From NCBI GenBank assembly GCA_964016885.1, contig OZ024740.1, forward strand, positions 111,166,001 through 111,230,000: a stretch of DNA of 64,000 nt, written 5' to 3'. Below, piece after piece: positions 1 to 14,663 of the stretch. The DNA is from Eledone cirrhosa (lineage: Eukaryota). Position 1 is the stretch's first letter; the number at the start of each line of letters is the position of its first letter. The notes beneath the pieces were generated by a model. That model was not told the origin of the DNA and did not search any database. It was given only the letters and a program-made list of their open reading frames with translations. Made by a program: the position numbers and the translations under genes.

Positions 1-292
1 TGAAAACTCAGAGCTGTATGGGAGCCTCCCAAAAGTCAGCTCAAAAATGACACGGAGGAGACTGAGGTTAGATGGATATGCTCACCGACATCCAGGGTTG
101 ATATTGCACTCAGTGCTCCTGTGGGAGCCCCTACATGGACACTCTGGGAAGAGGAAGACCAAGGTTAAAGTATGTTGATGCCCTAAGGACAGACACTGGT
201 CTATTGGAGACGCAGGACATGGCAGCGTTAATGAGGGACAGAGACCGCTGAGAGAACTCGTCCATGGAACTCGGGAATTTTACCCGCCCTAG
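1..292 (+). mobile_element. RTE-clade LINE 3' end (degenerate copy of 60423-60716), cut by the window edge
   Basis: Aligns by eye along its whole length with the end of the 58647-60716 RT ORF, with small indels; same terminus GAATTTTACCCGCCCTAG. Confidence 0.92.
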
Positions 293-451
293 AAATATAT
301 GCTACTAGTTGTTTTTCAATAGGTATATCAAAGATACTTTTTTCTATATCGTTTAAATTTGTATATACTCTGAGCTTAGTGTTCTTTGAGCTTCCTTTGT
401 TGAGGATCTTAATCAATATACATTATATATGTATAGATTTACATAATTATA

Positions 452-663
<212 letters not shown>

Positions 664-774
664 CAGACATACATACATGCATACATACATACATATATAT
701 CTATATCTATCCCATCTTTTTCTCCTTCAGAAGATATGCCGAAATATAGCAACGATTCAGATATATGATATGTA

Positions 775-1530
<756 letters not shown>

Positions 1531-1550
1531 GATATATATGTATATATATA

Positions 1551-1598
<48 letters not shown>

Positions 1599-1599
<1 letters not shown>

Positions 1600-1750
1600 G
1601 GAACCAGTAAGACCCCGACAGCTGAGCTCAAGCCGTTTCGACAGCTCAGCTGTCGGGGTCTTACTGGTTCCTGTTACCCACTCTACTACCTCAAGTATTG
1701 AGTACTTTGGTGCGTTATGGTCCACCTGGTTCCTTACCACATTTCCTTCG

Positions 1751-1753
<3 letters not shown>
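1599..1753 (+). mobile_element. Family A fold-back element (derived from HHR 3' half) in (TA)n
   Basis: 30-bp inverted arms 1599-1628/1643-1672 plus an ~80-nt tail ending TTCCTTCGTTA; same family at 18278, 18981 and 27216. Confidence 0.85.
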
Positions 1754-1791
<38 letters not shown>

Positions 1792-1906
1792 TCGTGATAT
1801 CTTCCTGAAGGTAGTATATATACATTGCAGATACATCTCCGATTTCTATCTTATGTAATATATACTATATATATATAAAGAGAGCTATATATAGATATAT
1901 ACACAT

Positions 1907-1938
<32 letters not shown>

Positions 1939-2075
1939 TATGTATGCGTATATATATGTACATATAACTCTAACAGGTCGATGATCATTAAAAACATGGA
2001 AACGGAACTTCATCGGAAATTAATAAGAGTTAAACACACTTCTTGTGCATCGAGTACTCAAACACAAACGCACAC

Positions 2076-2127
<52 letters not shown>

Positions 2128-2277
2128 CACACACATTTATATATATATATATATATATATATCATTACCGAGATATCTATATATCATTATATATATATCA
2201 TTAGCTTAATATCTATTTATTATTTCGCGATCGCTTTAACATTGCTGTAGCTCACATCCGTTCTACTAAACTATATA

Positions 2278-2390
2278 ATTGTTTCTACTATTGGCACAAG
2301 GCCAGCAATTACTCAGTGCATTACTGGTACTTTATTTTATCCACCCCGTAAGGATGAAAGGCAAAGTTAACCTCGGCGGGATTTGAACTC
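2278..2390 (-). mobile_element. tRNA-derived SINE (abundant family, Meta-domain-like core), partial
   Basis: Reverse complement has B-box GAGTTCAAATCC and the core CTTTGCCTTTCATCCTTACGGGG..GATAAAATAAAGTACCAG. Confidence 0.85.
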
Positions 2391-2440
2391 AACTATATAA
2401 TAGTTAACTATACCATAGTTTCTCTCTCACATACTCTCTC

Positions 2441-2498
<58 letters not shown>

Positions 2499-2512
2499 AC
2501 TCTCTCTCTCTC

Positions 2513-2610
<98 letters not shown>

Positions 2611-2651
2611 CGAAACATAAGTCAATTGCATGAACTCATAATCCTTTATTT

Positions 2652-2707
2652 ACTGCTATATATATTTCGATGATAGCCATTGAATGGCTATGACCTCATC
2701 AGGCAGT
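2652..2707 (-). ncRNA. Type I hammerhead ribozyme in a ~165-bp insert (2607-2771) between TA arrays
   Basis: Minus strand: ACTGC-CTGATGA-GGTCATAGCCAT-TCA-ATGGCTATCATC-GAAA-TATATA-TA-GCAGT; 5-bp stem I, long stem II, palindromic stem III. Confidence 0.88.
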
Positions 2708-2767
2708 TAGGCAGTTATTATATATGCCAGCTCTGTGTGTATAGTGTTTATGGTATCAGAGCCTTGG

Positions 2768-2798
<31 letters not shown>

Positions 2799-3364
2799 CG
2801 TGAGATGTGTGTGTGAGTGTGTGTGTGTGAATGTGTGTGAATGTGTGTGTGCGTGTGTGTGTGAGCGTGTGTGTGTGTACGTGTGTACGTGTGTGTGTGT
2901 GCGTGTGTGTGTGTGTTTGATTCTTCTGCGGTATGTTTCTGGCAGGTGTAAGTATATAGCTTGCGTTTGCTTGAATTCGTAGGGAGCATTGAAAATGATA
3001 TGAATATATATATTTATATTTATAAATATATACGTGCCTGTATATATGTATATATCCCAGAAGAGTGTTAAAAATAGGACTGATAAAAGCCAATTGAAAT
3101 TTGAATACTTTTCCAACCCACTACACACTCATTGATCTGATGAAATAACAATTAGCTTTATTGTTAATAATGCTTCATACATCTGTTCTATGTAGAAAAT
3201 ATGATATGATATAAAAGCAGATGATCAGATATGTTGTCTGTGTGAAGGTGATACAAGCTAAAAGATATATAAACCAAGTGACACGCTCACGCACACACAC
3301 TTATAATCTCTCACACACTCATGCAAAAATAAACAGAAATTACAAAGGAAACGACACAATACAG

Positions 3365-3432
3365 CGAAGAATTATATTAGTTTAACGATTGAAATAGCAG
3401 GACAAGATTCTTATCGTTTCATCAGAAGATAG
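3365..3432 (-). mobile_element. Remnant of the HHR-bearing repeat seen at 20010-20095, stem II deleted
   Basis: TTGAAATAGCAGGA...TCTTATCGTTTC-ATCAGAAGA matches 20034-20089 but lacks GGACGCTAGCCCTTC. Confidence 0.7.
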
Positions 3433-3454
3433 AAAGAGAGAGAAAAAGAGAGTT

Positions 3455-3850
3455 TATATGTCTTAATCCGTATGGTGAGCAAATGGGGTCCCACGTGTTG
3501 GCCTCCACACAGCCCCGGCGGACATAATGGAGAAGTCGTTTCCCCGGAAGATGGTAAGCGAGATGCGCTGGAAGAGCCATTCCAGCTCACGAGCCTCACA
3601 CATGCAGCTGGCCAGCTAAGCGCCTATGGTGGTGAATAGGGAGGTAGCCCCAGGGCTAAGGACACCAGAGTCTCCACTGCCAAGGTAACGACCGCGAACC
3701 TGTCGGAGAGCGACCGGTACCTGGAGAGTTTGGCCTCCCCAGCCCGACGTGCAGCAGTACCTGGGTTAGTCGCAGACTGCACCAGGTTGTGGCTGGAGAA
3801 AGTGCCGCTGCAAGTGACATCCCAGACGAGGGATTTGCCACCGCGGAACG
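3455..3850 (-). mobile_element. CRE-like non-LTR retrotransposon 3' fragment (restriction-like endonuclease), frameshifted
   Basis: Minus-strand translation across a frameshift: GKSLVWDVTC...EAKLSRYRSL...LAVETL...WLFQRISLTIFRGND, matching the CRE-clade RLE pattern (WDVTC, E..K..Y, ET, QR.S..I.RGN). Confidence 0.75.
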
Positions 3851-3925
3851 AGAATGAGAAGAGAAATGAACAGAGTGTAGGTGTTTGGATATCGTTGGTA
3901 ATTATGTTATTTCTATTGTTTAATA

Positions 3926-3995
3926 GATTCTGAGGAAATCTGTACAGAGAAAATAATGTAATTTCTTACTGTGTTGATAGAAACGTATGTAAATC
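3926..3995 (+). ncRNA. Type I hammerhead ribozyme, extended stem II
   Basis: GATT-CTGAGGA-aATC..ACAG.AGAAA..TTTCT..CTGT..GATa-GAAA-CGTATG-TA-AATC. Confidence 0.75.
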
Positions 3996-4341
3996 AATTA
4001 AATAATTTAATATAATTCAATCCTGGTTACGCTGTTAATATATATATGCTCTGTGATATTGTAAAACTACTGTGATTGGATATTAACGGAGTGGATTAAA
4101 TATCTGAACTGTCTTTTACCTATCTTGCTGTGGACTATAAAATAACATTGAGCTTTCAATTATCATCAATAGGGGGCGCATAAGACAAAGGCAATAGAAA
4201 AACGAACGTTCCCATCTCTTCAGTCAACTTCTGGAATTCCCTATAGAATTGGTGCTCTAAAGTTGACGGTCATGTATGTGTAAATATAAATATACACACA
4301 AAAAATCATACGCACACACGCTCCCTTCACACACATGGTCT

Positions 4342-4372
<31 letters not shown>

Positions 4373-5454
4373 TGAAAGAAAAATACATGCTCTTCGGTAG
4401 AGTGAGCCCCTACCCGGAGTATCCCTGGATGGAAGATATGGGAACGACCTCTAATATATAGGGTTTAGCGTCAAATATGAAAATAACTTGTCCTTAGCCA
4501 ACATACGAGCTGTCCTTGAATACGCGACAGGCACCTGGCCTAGTATCGCAGACGAAGCTATATTAAGCAGCGTAGTGGGTGTGCAGTCTTGGTGAAAGTA
4601 TCAACTAAGGACTAACGGTGATACAGTCGATGTTAGGCATGGCTCTCTCTGATCAATAATCAGAAACATTAATTTCCAGAATTGTACTGTTGCTAACATC
4701 CATAATCTTGGCAACCAGAGATTTGTTACCGAAAGATTTGTGAGTAATTCAAGCATGTTCCACTAGATGATGATATATATGATATGAAGTGTGGATGCAT
4801 AAACAGATCAAGTGACTGATACGATATAGAATGAAACGTGAGTATCCCACTGGTCACTGGTTTATATAAAACCTATAATTGAACCAGTAGTTCAAAGACA
4901 ATGTAGTATGAGATATAGTAAAGAATTGTAGCCTTCGGAGTATTTACGAAAGCCTATGTTTTAAACACTAAAATACTTTCTCCGTCAATATTCTATATAA
5001 AATCTGATCACAATCTGGTTGCGCAATATCATGTTAAGATTTATAAATTCGTATCTTTTATTTTTCTTCTTGTATGTTTAACTTTTACGTTTTTGTCACG
5101 AAATGACCACTTACAACGAATTCTTAATCGGCTTCCGAATGATTTCTGACCGCTAAATACTGAATGAAAGTGTCGTGGCGAATTTAGATGGAAGAAAATT
5201 GCATTCATGAAGACTAAGATATATTCTGTGTTATCAAAGATCAAATAAATTACTGCAGACAATACATCAAGAAACAGCGATCTGTTGTATCTTAACAACA
5301 CCGTTAAGATGCAAGACCGATATTAAGTAGTATTTGAGGAATTTTGTAAGATCGGCATTTTCTTCTTTATCTTCTATAAATACTCCCATAGGTGGGTGTT
5401 GGTCTGTCGAAACTTCGTTACTTGTTCCTTCTTTCATATTTGGTAATTTGATAT

Positions 5455-5905
5455 TTGTCTTTCTAGTAATTCTCAGACTTTTACTCTGACTGTCTTTCTA
5501 GTAATTCTCAGTCTTTCTCCGTGGTGTGTTTCTAGTAATACTCTACCTTTTCCTGTGATTGTCTTTCAAGGAATTCTCAGTTTTTTAAATGTCGTTGTCC
5601 TAGTAATTCCCAGCCTTGTCTTTCTAGTAATTCCCAGCCTACCACTGTGTTTATCTTTCCAGCAATATCATGTCTTTCACTGTGGCTGTCTTTCTATTTC
5701 TAGGAATTCTCAGTATTTCACTGTGGTTGTCTTTCTAGTAATTCTTAGGATTTCCCTGTTGTTACCTTTCTAGTATTTCTGGCCCTATCACTGTGGTTGT
5801 CTTTATAGTAATTCTTAGGATTTCCCTATTGTTACCTTTCTAGTATTTCTGGCCCTATCACTGTGGTTGTCTTTCTAGTAATTCCCAGCCTAACACTGTG
5901 GTTGC
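5455..5905. repeat. Degenerate tandem repeat of ~30-32 bp
   Basis: Recurrent CTGTGGTTGTCTTTCTAGTAATTCTCAG-like units. Confidence 0.8.
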
Positions 5906-6775
5906 TCTCTCTTGTAAGTAGTTTCAAATCTAGCAGTTTGTTTCCTCAAAAGTCTATCCTATGGAACTTACTCTTCTTTTTCTTATGCATACAATCTTAA
6001 TTCCTTTAAATATTCTGCTGATCGTTTTGTGATTTCAAGAGCAAAGTACCATTACATTTGTTCTTACACGCTTTTCTGTTATAATTCCAAACAAATCAAA
6101 TGGTTTACCGGGATCTATTGTATCTTTGGTTACTTGCCGGGTGAATTACAAAAATATAATGAAATGGTAGAAATTTAATCCTTGAGTAGCAGCTTTTAAC
6201 ATATGAGAAACTTACGTCATTTACGATTCACTTTCCACGATCAGCATTCAGTTGTTTGGTCTACGTAATGTCCAGTTCCTTTAATCAACGTGTGAATATT
6301 CGGTAAACACGTCTAACTGTAACGTAATTCCTAAACTAAATCAACGTAAAATAATGTATGCCAAATTGAATTACGGAAGCAGTTCATTTGACGAACTTTC
6401 ACACACTTTCCCTCAGCCCAATTTGATTTAGAAGGCTTCAGTGGACCCAGCTTATGGTAAAAGACACTTGGAACCAACCCCGGAATCAATCTTGTGATTG
6501 CGAAGCGAACTGCGTAAACACTCATCTATACATTTATACGCTTTACGATACCAGGGAATAATTGTACGTATTTCATTTCTTCAAATAAATTAAATCCGTT
6601 AAATGTCGCAAAATACATATACAAATTCTCAACGTTAAAACATGTTTAAGTGTGACCCAATACAAAATAACTCACCCTAAATTTTAACCCAATGGTGTTG
6701 CTACAACAAAACACATTGGAGAATGTCCGAATCTAAACACGCATTCATCAACAAGCTTCACCATAATCACGTCTG

Positions 6776-6809
6776 TCATCATCATCATCATCATCATTAT
6801 CATCATCAC

Positions 6810-6850
<41 letters not shown>

Positions 6851-6851
6851 C

Positions 6852-6884
<33 letters not shown>

Positions 6885-6935
6885 CACCATCATCCTCATC
6901 ATCATCATCACCATCATTATCACCATCATCATCTC
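6776..6935. repeat. (CAT)n microsatellite
   Basis: Seen directly; source of the poly-His/poly-Met ORFs. Confidence 0.97.
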
Positions 6936-7724
6936 ACCATCAACACAGTCGATCGAACGGGCATCGAAACAACTGCCAATGCAGTTTCTCTCAAAAAGCT
7001 TGATTCCACCCTAGACTAATGTAAATGCCACTGGAACGTAGATGTCACGCCGTAGGATCGAACCTGCGATCTAATGATTACAAAACGAATTTCTTAACCA
7101 TTCGGTCATGCTGCGTCTCTCATTATTATTACCTCACACTACTACTTCATCTAATCACCTTCAACACCCAATACTTCTCCTCCCCACCATTTTTACAATT
7201 CCATATCCGCTTCCTCTTCCTGCAACTCCATCACTTTTGTGTACTAATCCACCTTCCACCCCCCAAACAATTCCCTCCGTCCAGCTATCTCACCCCTCCA
7301 CTCCTCTCGATGTTTCTCCCCAAACCCAAACACTACCCCTTCCTCCGCCTAATTATACCACCGACTACCCCATCATGCTTCCTCCCATTTCTTTACCACC
7401 CTACACCACCCCTAGCCTGCCCTCCGCCAAATTATCCCACCTCCTCTCAGTTCCATACTTCACCCCAGCAAACCACACCACAGCACATCCCATCCCCCTC
7501 ATCCTCACCTTTACCCATACTCCCTATCCCCACCCCATTCTCCGAGAAAGCAGCACCATTAATTCAACATCTCATTTGGCGTGGCGTCTTAAGACACTCG
7601 TAATTCTTCATCCAACACTTCATTCACTATACTCTACTCCCACCACTACTCCATCCTTTTCTCTCCCACCATCACCATCACCATCACCATCACCATCACC
7701 ACCACCGCCCCCACCATCATCGCG

Positions 7725-8065
7725 TTCCTCACCATGACTACCTCCACCACTATCACTATCGCCACCCTGCTCGCACCATCATTCCCACCACCACCACCAT
7801 CCTCCTCACCACGACTGCCACAACCACTAATACCACCACCACCACCACCACCACCACCACCACCACCACCACCATTACCACCACCACCACCACCTCCACC
7901 AGCACCGCCTCCACCATCATCACCTTCATCACCATGACTACCTCCACCACTATCACTATCGCCACCCTGCTCGCACCATCATTCCCACCATCACCACCAC
8001 CATCCTCCTTACCACGACTACCACAACCACTATCGCAACCACCACCACCACCACCACCACCACCA
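7725..8065. repeat. 200-bp tandem duplication in (CCA)n-rich DNA
   Basis: ATGACTACCTCCACCACTATCACTATCGCCACCCTGCTCGCACC at 7734 and 7934. Confidence 0.9.
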
Positions 8066-8324
8066 CCTCTGTCATACTGCGGCCTCCCCTTCCTTACCAC
8101 CGCCACCACTAATAATCTAACTCACTCACTCTATGAATTTACCTACCTCACATTTACTTCATTATATGATAACTTTTACTACTACCGCCGCCACCACCAT
8201 CCATACAACCACCACTAACACCATTATCATCATCATCACCCTCAACATCAACAGCATTACACCATCGCCATCACCAACATTATAACCGATGCCACCACCA
8301 TCATCATTATCAACAACACTAATA

Positions 8325-8521
8325 ATGGTTTCTTATATAGGCACAAGGCCAGTAATTTTGAGGGAGGGGAAAGTCAATTAAATCGACCTCAGTACATTAC
8401 TGGTACTTTATTTTATCGACCCCGTAAGGATGAAAGGCAAAGTCAACCTCGGCGGGATTTGAACTCAGATCGTAAAGGGCCGTAACTCTTTGCGTCAAAG
8501 CATGGCGTCCGACCTTCTATC
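8325..8521 (-). mobile_element. tRNA-derived SINE, near full length
   Basis: Same family core and B-box as 61367-61582. Confidence 0.88.
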
Positions 8522-8979
8522 AACCATCAAAGCACTGTCAACATGATCATCATCAACACAATCACATATACCCCCACCCCTATCATCATCAAATACATTA
8601 TGATCAACAGAAACAATGACAACGACAACAACAACAACAACAGCTCAACCACCATCACCACCACCACCAGTACCACCACCACCACCACCACCACCAGTAC
8701 CTCCACCAACATCACCACCACCACCACCACCAGTACCACCACCACCACCACCAGTACCACCACCAACATCACCACCACCATCACCACCACCACCAGTAAC
8801 GACACTACCACCACCACCACCACCACCACCACCACCAACATCACCACCACCACTACCACCACTATCACCCCTACCAACATAACTATAGTTTCACCGCTAT
8901 TATCATCTGCAATATCATCACTATCGACATCAGCAACGCCATAACAATGGCCTTCACAATCACCTAGAGGACCACAACT

Positions 8980-9810
8980 ATCACCACCACCACCACCACA
9001 ATCACCATCAATAAGACCTCTACCACCAGCACCACCACTACTACAACCACCACCATCATCAACACCTCCACCACCAGCACCACCACTACTACAACCACCA
9101 CCATCATCAACACCTCCACCACCAGCACCACCACTACTACAACCACCACCATCATCAACACCTCCACCACCAGCACCACCACCACCACCACAATCACCAT
9201 CAATAAGACCTCCACCACCAGCACCACCACTACTACAACCACCACCATCATCAACACCTCCACCACCAGCACCACCACTACTACAACCACCACCATCATC
9301 AACACCTCCACCACCAGCACCACCACTACTACAACCACCACCATCATCAACACCTCCACCACCAGCACCACCACTACTACAACCACCACCATCATCAACA
9401 CCTCCACCACCAGCACCACCACTACTACAACCACCACCATCATCAACACCTCCACCACCAGCACCACCACTACTACAACCACCACCATCATCAACACCTC
9501 CACTACCAGCACCACCACTACTACAACCACCACCATCATCAACACCTCCACCACCAGCACCACCACTACTACAACCACCACCATCATCAACACCTCCACC
9601 ACCAGCACCACCACTACTACAACCACCACCATCGTCAACACCTCCACCACCAGCACCACCACTACTACAACCACCACCATCATCAACACCTCCACCACCA
9701 GCACCACCACTACTACAACCACCACCATCATCAACACCTCCACCACCAGCACCACCACTACTACAACCACCACCATCATCAACAACTCCACCACCACCAG
9801 CACCACCTCC
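8980..9810. repeat. 48-bp minisatellite (CCA-rich)
   Basis: Unit ACCTCCACCACCAGCACCACCACTACTACAACCACCACCATCATCAAC; gives the 16-aa period of the minus-strand ORFs. Confidence 0.95.
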
Positions 9811-10304
9811 CCCACCAACATCACTATCATGAGCATTACCATCTTCAACATCATCATCACCACCACTACCACCACCACCACCATCTCCACCATCATCACC
9901 ACCACCACCACACCTACCTACCCAGCTACCCACCTTAACTACTTTCCCCACTAACATACTACCTACCTCATCACATTACCTCACTTCACTACTTTCACTC
10001 AACCTCCCGCCCCACTCACACCACACCCTCTCTCATCTTCACTCCAGGCTTCTCCTCCCCCACCCCTGCCAACACATCTTTGGTTTAAATAATCCGTAAT
10101 CAGGCAGACTTTAGTGCCTACCACCCGTCGTCCGGCTCTCATCTCAATCATGTCTCTTAATCGGTATATGTCTGTCTCTCTCCCACCCTGGCTCTCTCCT
10201 TCTCTCTCTCCCCACCTCATTCTCTCTTTGTTTCCCCCTTCTCTCTATATATATATCTATATTTACATACATACACGCACAAACACATACTACACACACG
10301 TTCA

Positions 10305-10539
<235 letters not shown>

Positions 10540-10580
10540 GCATGTATATATATATATATGCATGTATATATATATGTATG

Positions 10581-10611
<31 letters not shown>

Positions 10612-11554
10612 TTCTCTCTATCACCCTCTCTAAATCTCCCTGTCTCTTTCTTTCTGTCTCTTTCCATGCCCTCCTCCCACTCCTCGACTTATAGTCTAAT
10701 ATTTTAATATAATTTCCTTAGCTCTGTCACATGACTTATCTTGCGCTGCATACCGTTCCTGGCCCCGCAAATAATTATTTTCCTTCTCACTGTCTCTCTA
10801 TTTCTATTTATAATTTTCTCTTTCCTCCCTCTTTTTTGTCTCTCTTTAGTTAATAATACCTCCTCACATTGGCGAAAACCTAGAAAATCGTGATGGAGGA
10901 AAACATCTAATTAAATCGACCTAAATACGCTACTGGTATTCATATTAACTAAAGAAGGGGTATGTATGTCTGTCAGTCAAATTGTTAAAAATAGCAGCCA
11001 AATCTCCCTCAAATCAAAACCTATCTTCTTTCAAACAAAATAAATAATGAAATCCTAATCAGTGAACCTCGATATTCTTATAAAAAAACGGAATGGATGT
11101 CAATGGCTGGAATGCCTTTGATGATGCAGATCTCTGGTTATAAAGAAAAAACCCTGATATTTATTTCGATAAAAGTGTGTGGTGAAAATCAAAATCAAAT
11201 TCCGTCTCAAACCTAGACCTCCACAAGGCCGGAGCTTATCAGGATTGTATTGACATTGACAGACTAAAGGTAGAAACCCTCCCATCATTGGACAGAGCAT
11301 CTATCTGTCAAAAGTTAATTTCTAGTTGATGTTGGTGGTGGGATTGATTTTGAGCTAGGTGAACTGAAGATGTGTGCAAATGACACAACGCCCTCACCTC
11401 TTCGATTTGGAAATCGATTTCACGACCATACGATCGTGAGCCGAACGTGCTTATCATTGAGTCACGTGCCTAGACATAATTCCATGCAGATGGTTGGTCA
11501 TAGTTAGAACGCCTTTGACTCATAAGTTTGTTAGGTCAACAATTATTATTTGTA

Positions 11555-11670
11555 GGTTCAAATCTCGCCTTTCATCCTTACGGTGTCGATAAAATGAAGT
11601 ACCAGTCCCACAGCGGGGTCTATTTAATCCACTTTCCTCTCCCCTTCAAATTGCTGGCCTTAAGTAGAAA
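11555..11670 (+). mobile_element. tRNA-derived SINE, partial
   Basis: GGTTCAAATCTCGCCTTTCATCCTTACGGTGTCGATAAAATGAAGTACCAG. Confidence 0.8.
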
Positions 11671-12239
11671 TAATTATTTGTAGGTTCATCTATATTGATG
11701 TAAGAGACTGACCACGACGAAAGTTCTTCTCCGAGGCACAAGCCTGGATAAGGAGTTTTTATGGGAGACCTAGACGCCATGCATGCTAATATCCTCCAGT
11801 CAAACGCCAGGGCTGATACACCAGTGACGTCACTAGTAATTGTTTCCAATTGAATAGAATGGGGCAACTTGAAATGAATTATCTTGCTCAACTACACAAC
11901 GTGTCATCCACCCCAAGAACCGAACTCACGACCTTTGCATCGTGAGCCCATCTCCTTAACCATTAATCCGGTATTAGTACAACAAGAATAAACATCACCG
12001 TTGGTGGAAAAAAATCATGAAATGCTAGGGACAGCTACAACATTCGTAGAAAGCCATATATATGTATGTATGGTCCTGTAACTCCTGGGGAAATCGTAGG
12101 GGCACTGTATAAGCATGTCGTTCATATAAATTTGTAGCATGTATTTATGTAGTGATTTTAAGAATATTTATTGGTTACTCATTCGAACTTGGTCTTCATG
12201 TTTTAACCAAGAAAATCCAATACACACACATGCAAATAT

Positions 12240-12285
12240 ATGATGATTTCTCCCGAATGAAACAGTTTTAGCCCTGTAGAAGCTT
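12240..12285 (+). ncRNA. Decayed family C hammerhead
   Basis: aTGATGA-TTTCTCCCGAAT-GAAA-CAG-TTTTAGCC-CTG-TA-GAAGC, homologous to 20586-20630; first core C and the 5' strand of stem I are lost. Confidence 0.6.
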
Positions 12286-12307
12286 TTTCTATATTATATA
12301 TATACAT

Positions 12308-12346
<39 letters not shown>

Positions 12347-12773
12347 GTATGTTTGCGTGTGTACATACATACGTATACATATATGCATGCTTACATATAA
12401 ACCCATTCATATTTGCCTACGTATATACATTTACATGTAAAAACACGCCCTTCATTAGTACCAAATTGTCCATACCTATTAGATTAAACTGCCACCCACA
12501 CAACAACCCAAAGAATATCAATAGTCTAATATTGCACTAAACAATAACCCATACAACACCCGAAAGACGTCCTTTCGATGATGATTCGCTCCTTCAACAA
12601 CAACAGCAAACAACAACAACAGCCAAGCTTTCATCAATTACTCAAGGTTAGGAAATTGCTCCTTGATACGAACTTTTAATCACAAGCACTGTCATAAGAG
12701 TGGACAGCTATTTGAATCAATGTCTGGCTGTATGTCAATTTCAATATATCCTTCTGTCTGTATTTCTTTAGCT

Positions 12774-12888
<115 letters not shown>

Positions 12889-13389
12889 ACTCTCTCCCCT
12901 CTCTCCCTCCCCTCAGCCAAATCTCTCTATCATTATCTCCACTCTTTTTAACATTATCTCGCTGTCTTTTACTCAATCTCTGTCTTTCTCTATTGTCTGT
13001 AGATCCTCAGTGGACGAGGAGAATCGCCATGACATCTGGCACAACTAAAATCTATGTTTATCTTTAAAAGCAACGCATCAAATGATGGATGGAACATTAT
13101 TTCATTGTATAAAATCCATTTCATTGAAACATTTTTCTATCATATTTATTCCTACTGACGAAGCCCTGCAAGATTTTGAAATCCCAACGTTCTTTTAGTC
13201 TTTTACTAATATCAGTCATTACACTGCAGCCATACGTAAGCACAATTTGAATTTAGTCGATCATACCAACTCCAGTACATATTATGTCAGGTCTGGTACT
13301 TACTGTATGGATCACTTTTCTTCGAACTGAAAAGTTATGGGACATATCACAGACATAGACACAAACCTAAACATGGGCAGAGAACACCC

Positions 13390-13481
<92 letters not shown>

Positions 13482-13485
<4 letters not shown>

Positions 13486-13670
13486 GTTTCTACTTTAGGC
13501 ACAAGGCCAGCAATTACCCAGTGCATTACTGGTACTTTATTTTATCGACCCCATAAGGATGAAAGGCAAAGTCAACCTCGGCCGGATTTGAACTCAGATC
13601 GTAAATGGACGTAACTATGCTGGAAAGCATGGCATCCGACCCTCTACCGATACTGCCAATCCACCGCCTT
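13482..13670 (-). mobile_element. tRNA-derived SINE, full length
   Basis: Minus strand starts AAGGCGGTGGATTGGCAGTATCGGTAG and has the B-box, core and AGAAACAATT tail. Confidence 0.9.
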
Positions 13671-13683
13671 ATATATATATATA

Positions 13684-14060
13684 TAATACCTACAGAAAAG
13701 AAACGTTATCGCTCTACATGGCTGCATACAATAAATGTAATCTGAGTTTTTCGAATATTAATAATAATATTCGATTCGTTTGCAATTATGCAAATAAGCC
13801 TGTCTGCTAATATGCAAATCAGGCCGATCAGTCACTGTATATTCACTAGCTCTGACAGTTTTGCAGGTGAACAGTGAACTGCACTGATGAAGGGTGATAC
13901 CTAGAAACATTAGTGTCTGCAGTTCTGTTTACATAACAACACAAGAGCAAGAATGAAGGGCTCATTCTACTGACATGGCATAAAAGAGGATTGTTTGTAT
14001 AATTGCAAACGAACCGAAATTTATTATTAATATTCGAAAAACTCAGATTACATTTATTAT
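13684..14060. mobile_element. HHR-bearing element with ~70-bp inverted repeats (13730-13800 / 13988-14058) in (TA)n
   Basis: AATAAATGTAATCTGAGTTTTTCGAATATTAATAATAA... is present at both ends in inverted orientation; two ATGCAAAT octamers (13788, 13812). Confidence 0.8.
13876..13925 (+). ncRNA. Type I hammerhead ribozyme
   Basis: GAACTGCA-CTGATGA-AGGGTGATACCTA-GAAA-CATTAGTG-TC-TGCAGTTC; perfect 8-bp stem I, GUC cleavage triplet at 13915-13917. Confidence 0.9.
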
Positions 14061-14109
14061 ATATGTGTATATATATATATACGAACGCACACATGCATAT
14101 ATATATATA

Positions 14110-14663
14110 TAGGGTGTTCCAAACGTATATGTCACATTACGACACTTTATATCTTAGTAACTATTGAGGGTATCAGAATACAATTTACATTTCCTGAAAG
14201 TTAATATTTTCAAGCTTCCGTAGAAACAATTTGAACACAAACGTGCAAGAAATGAATTTATTATTAAACTATGGGGATGTGTTCAATGTGCGCACCGGGG
14301 GTTACACGACACGCATCCAAATGATAATCCATTTCTTCCCAAATCTGACCTAGCATAGCGCTGTCGATGGTTGCCAAGGGTTCTGTTATTCGAGTCTTCA
14401 GGTCATCCACGTCTCTGGGAAGGGGAGGTACGTAGCCCAGGCCTTTTACATACTAAGAGGAAGAAGTCACATGAAGTTAAGTCTGGAGACCTAGGGGCCA
14501 TCGCAGGAGCACGTGATCAGTTTCTCCGGAACGTCCAATCCATCTGTCAGTCAGAAAACCTGATGATTTTAGCTTTTAAATGATACCAGTTTCATCTTGT
14601 TACCATTTATAGTTCATGATACATGGATTCTTTGAATGTGACATATACATTTGGAACACTCTG
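14110..14663 (-). mobile_element. Internally deleted Tc1/mariner DNA transposon
   Basis: ~29-bp TIRs (AGGGTGTTCCAAACGTATATGTCACATT / AATGTGACATATACATTTGGAACACTCTG) flanked by TA; minus strand encodes a WP.RSPDLTSCDFF transposase motif near 14460-14500. Confidence 0.88.

Noticed and set aside
3130-3185. CTGATGA followed by a TAACAAT/ATTGTTA hairpin
   Set aside because: No GAAA and no stem I partner.
5455-5905. CRISPR-like repeat spacing
   Set aside because: Eukaryotic context, degenerate units with related rather than unique spacers, no cas genes.
8527-9957. 476-aa Gly-rich ORF resembling a structural or shell protein
   Set aside because: A 48-bp CCA-rich minisatellite open in several frames; no signal peptide or splice evidence. 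It cannot be fully excluded without RNA data.
13150-13200. CTGACGA...GAAA
   Set aside because: Stems I, II and III do not pair convincingly.
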